A DNA stretch of 64,000 nucleotides from the NCBI GenBank assembly GCA_951406725.2, contig OX597814.1, forward strand, positions 33,418,001 through 33,482,000, read 5' to 3'. Position numbers and translations under genes: made by a program. This document shows positions 56,031-64,000 of the stretch, in pieces. Positions within the stretch are counted from its first letter, which is position 1. Each line of letters opens with the position of its first letter. Origin of the DNA: Octopus vulgaris (lineage: Eukaryota). The notes beneath the pieces were generated by a model. The model saw only the letters and a list, made by a program, of their open reading frames with translations, did no database searches and had not been told where the DNA came from.

Positions 56031-56819
56031 TCAGTATATCCTGAGGGCTTTGCACGCAAGCCGAGGAGAAATGATTCGTTAGAAGAGTTGCGGGATACAA
56101 GGCCATAACTGTTTGAAGCTGCGACTTCCAAGGACGCTGATAAAAGGACGAACCCCAGCGGCCAGTTTGTAGCTGCCGGCGGCTAACAGTGAATAATATC
56201 GAACGTACAATGCGGGAGGTAAGCAAGTCTCGGAGGTCATATACACACTAGTGAATTCGTGTTTAGATATCACAAAGGGAAAACTGTTATCAATTATCTG
56301 AATGAAATAACAAGACGGTCATGACGTCAGATTTCCAAGGAAAATTGCGGATAGTTTCGTAAATTATCCAATAAAAGCATTTACTACAATTTCCCTTCTC
56401 TGTATTTTAAAGAATACAAACGTGTGTTGTTTCTCTATTATCATCATCACCATCATGATAGCTTATTTATTTATTTGTTTCTTTATTTGTTTGTTTGTTT
56501 ATTTGTTTGTTTGTTTGTTTGTTTGCCGGTGACTGCTAAGAATGTTAAAGCAAGCATTTCAAGTGAAAGAACACGAAGCGATTATTGGGTGATCTTGTAA
56601 ACTGGTTTCAAAACCTGATCAGAAACCAAGCTGCTTCAGTTATTATTGTGATGGTCTTTATTAACAGAATGAACATTGTAACATCCCGTAGGAAAAAAAG
56701 AAAAGTAATGGAACTCCGTCGCTGTCGACGATGACCATTGAGTTGCTCCATCGACTGAATTGTCTATTTATTGAGTTCGCATGTATATGGCAGAGTATTT
56801 TTCTGATACGTATACCCTT

Positions 56820-56919
56820 NNNNNNNNNNNNNNNNNNNNNNNNNNNNNNNNNNNNNNNNNNNNNNNNNNNNNNNNNNNNNNNNNNNNNNNNNNNNNNNNN
56901 NNNNNNNNNNNNNNNNNNN
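56820..56919. other. Assembly gap (100 N)
   Basis: Run of N. Confidence 1.
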
Positions 56920-57688
56920 GTAAACGAATTTTTTTTTTTTTTAACAGCGCAGCTATGTCTACGCCCGATTTTGTTTTTCATCCTTCTAGGAGCCATCAAA
57001 AGAAATATAAGACACGTTTAATGATCGAATATATCGACTGTACACACTGACAAAATGTGTAGTACTTGTTAGTTAGTTAGTTAGTTAGTTAGTTAATTTG
57101 GCTCAAAAGCAAATAGCAAGGCCATGTAGGGGGACATGGAGTTAAGTACAGGGTGGTGTTCATGTAAAGAGTTCAGGCCACTTGAGGTCAAGGGAGGCTT
57201 TGAACAAAGCGGTCGTCGGCATCTTCACCATCTCGTCTGGCAGCTTGTTCCACGGATCCGCAACCCGGACGGAGAAAGCTCCTCTCCTTCGATTGACATG
57301 AAATCGTCGCAGGTAGAGCTTTTCGGAATGACCCCGCAGCCGACGCTCTGGAGCAGGAGTGAAGAACAGCTCTTTCGAGAGGTTACACTTTCCGCTTATG
57401 ATGTTGTGGGCGAGAATGAGATTTTGCCCCTTTACGCTCTGGGTTCAAATCTCACCTAGATCGACATTCCGTTAATGTTTCTGGGGGCGGGGGGCGAATA
57501 ATTGCGTACCATACTTAACCCTTACACCTCACACAATATGTGTGGCATTGTGACTTGTGCTCAATTAATCCCTTTTTTTTTTCTTTTTCTTTTTCATCTC
57601 TATTCTTTGTTTTCGTTTCCGCATTTATGTCGCGGTAACAACACTCAAACATCGGTAGATACTTTATCCGTGTCTGTATACACAAGCG

Positions 57689-57735
<47 letters not shown>

Positions 57736-57798
57736 GCACACAGGCATATATACGTATGTGTGTGTATATGTATGTGTATATATATATATATACACACA

Positions 57799-57843
<45 letters not shown>

Positions 57844-58805
57844 ACAATTGAGGGTAAAATTAATTAATTAATCAATTTCACCAAGTGTTCAGTATGTAAA
57901 AGGACCATTTAAGGCGAATTCAAAATATTACATTATATAATTAGGGCTTAGTAAAATAAATTACTTTGCCACATACTGAACTTAGTAGAAATAGCAGCCC
58001 AAAAAAATTTTCTTAGCATTTCTACAACTTAAAAGAAAATTTCTCTCAGATAATGTTTACTCCAGACAGCCCACGAAGGTTTGGAGGTAAATACAGAAAA
58101 ATATCACAAGTACATAGATCGTTTGAGTACGTCAACGTTTCAAGATTAGCCAAATAAAATCAGCATTTCTTTCGTCAGCTCAAAATTTCTTAATTTGGAT
58201 TTGGAAACACTAAAAAGAAGGAACTTTACCTATCAGCGGACTTGTCGCTTCAGATGAACCACTCCAACTAGCAGTATCAACAAATTCAAAATGCGCAGGC
58301 GTAAATCTCTGCAATCTCCTTCCACCACGTGGTCTATCTAGCAAACATTATATTTTAACCGCGAGAACCGAGGCAGTATGACCGAGAGAAATGAATTATA
58401 ATATCAACAATTGAGGGTAAAATTAATTAATTAATCAATTTCACCAAGTGTTCAGTATGTAAAAGGACCATTTAAGGCGAATTCAAAATATTACATTATA
58501 TAATTAGGGCTTAGTAAAATAAATTACTTTGCCACATACTGCACTTAGTAGAAATAGCAGCCAAAAAAAAAATTTTCTTAGCATTTCTACTACTTAAAAG
58601 AAAATTTCTCTCAGATAATGTTTACTCCAGACAGCCCACGATGGTTTGGAGGTAAATACAGAAAAATATCACAAGTACATAGATCGTTTGAGTACGTCAA
58701 CGTTTCAAGATTAGCCAAATAAAATCAGCATTTCTTTCGTCAGCTCAAAATTTCTTAATTTGGATTTGGAAACACTAAAAAGAAGGAACTTTACCTATCA
58801 GCGGA

Positions 58806-58847
<42 letters not shown>

Positions 58848-58848
58848 C

Positions 58849-58928
<80 letters not shown>

Positions 58929-60043
58929 TCGACAGACAGATAGATAGACGTACAGATATAGACACAAACATACATGGATACATGCCTATATACAAACAAA
59001 TATACACATACTCACATACAAACCCCACCACCTAAGCTACCTTCGTGTGGCTACAGCTAAAGGACTTACGTATTAGACACAAAGGAAAACAACGTTTTAC
59101 AAAAATACGTTCATTCACATATCTATTATACTTACTCTGCTGTGTATCATTACTAATACCACACCAGGAGTAACGTGACTGCAGGCTACAGGGAAGAACT
59201 CAACAGGAATTTGATCTGGTCGAGAATAGACGCATGTATGCATGTATGTATGTATGTATGTATGTATGTATGTATGTATGTATGTATGTATGTACGTATG
59301 CGTATATATGTATGTATGCGTGTGTATGTATGCGTGTGTATGTATGTATACGTGTGTATGTATGTATGTATGTGTGTATGTATTATGCATGTATGTATGG
59401 ATGTATGTATGCGTGTGTACGTATGTATGTATGTGTGTGTATGTATGTATGTATGTGTATGTGTGTATGCATGTGTGTCTATACAGAAATATATATACGT
59501 ATATGTACATGTTATATATATGTTTGTGTATATATATATATATATATATATCATATATATATATATAGATAGATGTATGAATGAATGTGTATATGCGTGT
59601 ATTTAGACAGATATATGCTTATATATGAATGTGTATGAGTGTATGCGTGTATGTATGCAAAAACATATATGTATATGTACATGTTATATACATATATGCG
59701 TGCATATATATATATACACATACACACATATAGATAGATGTATGAATGCATGTGTATATGCGTGTATTTAGACAAAGATATATGTTCATGTATGTATGTA
59801 TATACACATATATATGTATATGTATGTATATATACGTGTGTGTGTGTGTGTGTATCTGCGAAAACCAAACAGAAACCAACACACACACACAAACACAAAG
59901 ACACTCACGGACGCCTTGTGTGAGACACAGACAAGGACGAACACACACACGCACTCGGGAAAATAATAACGCAGAGAGACACAAACAATCGAACAGTTTC
60001 ATGCGCACAAACACACACACAGACACAAACACAACACAAACAT

Positions 60044-60087
<44 letters not shown>

Positions 60088-60259
60088 TCGCGGTCTCGGA
60101 ACTAACACACACACTCGCATTGGGGGTATACGTTAACATGCAAATCCACTGACGGACATAAACTCCAACATACCTGCGCATACCGAAACATCCCACACAG
60201 AGGTATGAACAGACATAGACGCATAGACGCGGGAATATACATGCACACTGACACGCAGC

Positions 60260-60318
<59 letters not shown>

Positions 60319-61566
60319 GCGGCCAAAATGTTCAGAACGGCATTGTTTTCGCCAGAAAAGTAGGTATAAGTTTTTATCAAAGTTGTTTTATATTCTATAA
60401 TTTTCACAGACAATAAATACGATATTAATTGTTATTGTCTGAGATTTTAGTGTAATTTGAGAGAATAATACAAAAGTTATGGATGATTACACCAAAATCT
60501 CAGACAATAACGATCAATATTGTATTTATTGTCTGTGAAAATTATAGAATATAAAACAACTTTGATAAAAACTTATACCTACTTTTCTGGCGAAAACAAT
60601 GCCGTTCTGAACATTTTGGCCGCAACTCTATATATATATATATATTTATATTTTAACAATTGAGGGTAAAATTAATTAATTATTAATCAGTTTCACCAAG
60701 TGTTCAGTATGCAAAGGGACCATTTAAGGCGAATTCAAATTATTACATTATATAAAAGGGCTTAGTAAAATAAATTACTTCGCCGCATACTGAACTCATT
60801 AGAAATAGCAGCTAAAAATCTTTTTTAAAGCTATTTCTAATACTTAAAGAAAATCTCTCTCATATATAGCGTTTGCCTAATTCAACTCACTGTGAGTTGA
60901 ATTAGGCAAACGCTATATATGAGAGAGATTTTCTTTAAGTATTAGAAATAGCTTTAAAAAAGATTTTTAGCTGCTATTTCTAATGAGTTCAGTATGCGGC
61001 GAAGTAATTTATTTTACTAAGCCCTTTTATATAATATATATATTTATATATATATATATTAGAAGGTTTGGAGATGATGTTCAGGTATTTTATATTAGAA
61101 GAAATGAGGTACACAGAAACCATCCGAATTTCTGAGTACCTCATTTTTTCTAATATATATAAGTATGCATGTATATATATATATATTCTTCTATTTTAGT
61201 CGGGAAAATTGACCCCAGAACATATCCTTTGTAAGCCTAGGACTTGTTCTATCGGTACTCTTTTGCCGAACAGCTAACTTACGGGGACGTAAACAAACCA
61301 ACATCGGTTGCCAATCGACAGCGGGGGACAAACACAGACACACAAACATATACATATACATATATAAATACGACGGGCTTCTTCCAGTTTCCGTCTACCA
61401 AATCCACTCACAAGGCATCGGTCGGTCGGCCCGAAGCTATAGTAGAAGTCACTTGCACAAGGGGCCACGCAATGGGACTGAGCCCGGATCCATGTGGCTG
61501 GTTAACAAGCACCTTACCACACAGTCACTTCTGCGCCTATATATAATAATATATATATATGTGTAT

Positions 61567-61625
<59 letters not shown>

Positions 61626-61899
61626 TATAATTATACATATATACATATATATATATATACATACATATATACACACACACACCCATATACATATATATAC
61701 ATATCAGGAGTGGCTGTGTGGCAAGTAGCTTACTTACCAATCACATGGTTCCTGGTTCAGTCCTACTACGTGGCACCTTGAGCAAGTGTCTTCTAGTATA
61801 GCCTCTTGCCGACCAAAGCCTTGGTAGACTTGGTAGACGGAAACTGAAAGAAGCCCGTTGAATATATATATATTATATATATGTAAGTGTGTGTATATG

Positions 61900-61938
<39 letters not shown>

Positions 61939-63035
61939 AACATCGCTTGACAACCGATGGTGGTGTTTTGATGTCCCCGTAACTTAGCGGTTCGGCAAAA
62001 GTGTACGATAGAATAAGTACTAGGCTTACAAAGAATAAGTCCTGCGGTTGATTTGCTCGACTAACGGCGGTGCTCCAGCATGAAACAACTAAAAGAGTAA
62101 AAGAGTATATATATATATGTATGTATGTGTGTGTGTGTGTGTGTTCGGAGATATGTAAAGGCATACATATCCTTACATACACGTACACAAATGCACGCAC
62201 ACGCGCGCTCGCACACACGCGCGCACGCACACACACACATAACAATGAAGTTAACTATTGTGGCATGAACTTTGTTTCTTCGCTGTTCTCGCATTTGTTG
62301 TTATTAATTAATGTTCTGTTCTATTTAGTCATTACGACAACAACAACTACTACTACTACTCCTACTACTGCTGCTACTGCTATTACCACCACTACTCGTA
62401 CTACCGCTAGTATGGCAAAGATAGTGTCGGTGTCGACGAGAAAATATTAGCTGCTGCTTCTAGTGCTTCTGCAACGACGACAAAGATGGCGTCGACAATC
62501 GACAAGAAAAACATTAACTACCACCACCTCTACAAAACCACTAACACCATCATGTCTGCCGCTGCCACCACCACCAGCACCATCACTATTACTGCTACTG
62601 CTGCCACTGTCGCTGCTTCTGCTGTTGTTGTTGATGATGATGATGATGATGGTGATGATGATACATCAATTAATATGGCGGCGATTACAAAAGCTAGTGG
62701 CAAAAATAATATTAACAATAACAAAAATAACATAAGCAATAACTATTAAAACTACTACATATACTGCTACTGCTATTACAACTACCACTAACACTACTAC
62801 CACCACCACCACCGCCACCACCACTTTTACCAATATGTTGTCGGCAGTAGCGATATCCATCAACACACCACCAAAAACAATGGCTGCTGTAGTGTTGCCA
62901 ACATTAGCATCGCCAACTCCACCTTCCCCATCGCCATCCCAACCACTCACATCATCATCCTCATAATGAGAAACATTACCTGTACGTCTACTATACTGCT
63001 ACTACTACTACTACTATTACTACTACTACTACCAC

Positions 63036-63094
<59 letters not shown>

Positions 63095-63937
63095 TATTAA
63101 CAACAGCAACAACAACAAACAACTGCAACAACGATAGCCACAATAACGTCAGTATATCCTGAGGGCTTTGCACGCAAGCCGAGGAGAAATGATTCGTTAG
63201 AAGAGTTGCGGGATACAAGGCCATAACTGTTTGAAGCTGCGACTTCCAAGGACGCTGATAAAAGGACGAACCCCAGCGGCCAGTTTGTAGCTGCCGGCGG
63301 CTAACAGTGAATAATATCGAACGTACAATGCGGGAGGTAAGCAAGTCTCGGAGGTCATATACACACTAGTGAATTCGTGTTTAGATATCACAAAGGGAAA
63401 ACTGTTATCAATTATCTGAATGAAATAACAAGACGGTCATGACGTCAGATTTCCAAGGAAAATTGCGGATAGTTTCGTAAATTATCCAATAAAAGCATTT
63501 ACTACAATTTCCCTTCTCTGTATTTTAAAGAATACAAACGTGTGTTGTTTCTCTATTATCATCATCACCATCATGATAGCTTATTTATTTATTTGTTTCT
63601 TTATTTGTTTGTTTGTTTATTTGTTTGTTTGTTTGTTTGTTTGCCGGTGACTGCTAAGAATGTTAAAGCAAGCATTTCAAGTGAAAGAACACGAAGCGAT
63701 TATTGGGTGATCTTGTAAACTGGTTTCAAAACCTGATCAGAAACCAAGCTGCTTCAGTTATTATTGTGATGGTCTTTATTAACAGAATGAACATTGTAAC
63801 ATCCCGTAGGAAAAAAAGAAAAGTAATGGAACTCCGTCGCTGTCGACGATGACCATTGAGTTGCTCCATCGACTGAATTGTCTATTTATTGAGTTCGCAT
63901 GTATATGGCAGAGTATTTTTCTGATACGTATACCCTT
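56920..63937 (+). repeat. Near-identical duplicate of 49811-56819
   Basis: Begins gtaaacgaatttt right after the gap; the first copy ends tataccctt right before the gap. Contains second copies of the CR1 end, the retrozyme-like element (57842-58808; HHRs 58122-58184 and 58687-58749), the MITE (60315-60628) and the SINEs. Confidence 0.97.
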
Positions 63938-64000
63938 AACATGCTCTGGCAGAATTAATGCATCACGCGAATGTGCGACAAGGAAGGCCTATACAATCCA

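Noticed and set aside
56210-56250. MRE start as a tubulin N-terminus
   Set aside because: Only three residues match, and no downstream tubulin exons are visible in the window.

Overview
AT-rich, repeat-saturated eukaryotic intergenic or intronic DNA. The tRNA-derived SINE families and dense (TA)n/(CA)n/(GATA)n tracts suggest a coleoid cephalopod such as Octopus; this is an inference. No intact host protein-coding gene is visible. Most ORF-track entries are microsatellite read-throughs, and the rest are fragments of transposable elements. These include at least 8 decayed Penelope-like (PLE) remnants, two CR1/L2-type LINE 3' ends, two Tx1/L1-type 3' ends, maT and mariner DNA-transposon fragments, non-autonomous Helitrons, MITEs and about 25 SINE copies from 4 modular families. 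Highlights: (1) a retrozyme-like element at 50731-51695, made of two ~402-bp direct repeats 563 bp apart, each carrying a consensus-perfect type I hammerhead ribozyme (HHR); (2) about 12 further HHR-like motifs, some at the apex of long fold-back elements; (3) two SINE-LINE 3'-tail matches, one with a Tx1/L1-type LINE; (4) a dUTPase-like ORF upstream of a PLE remnant. Positions 56920-63937 duplicate 49811-56819 across a 100-N gap, most likely an assembly false duplication. All alignments and folds were done by eye.
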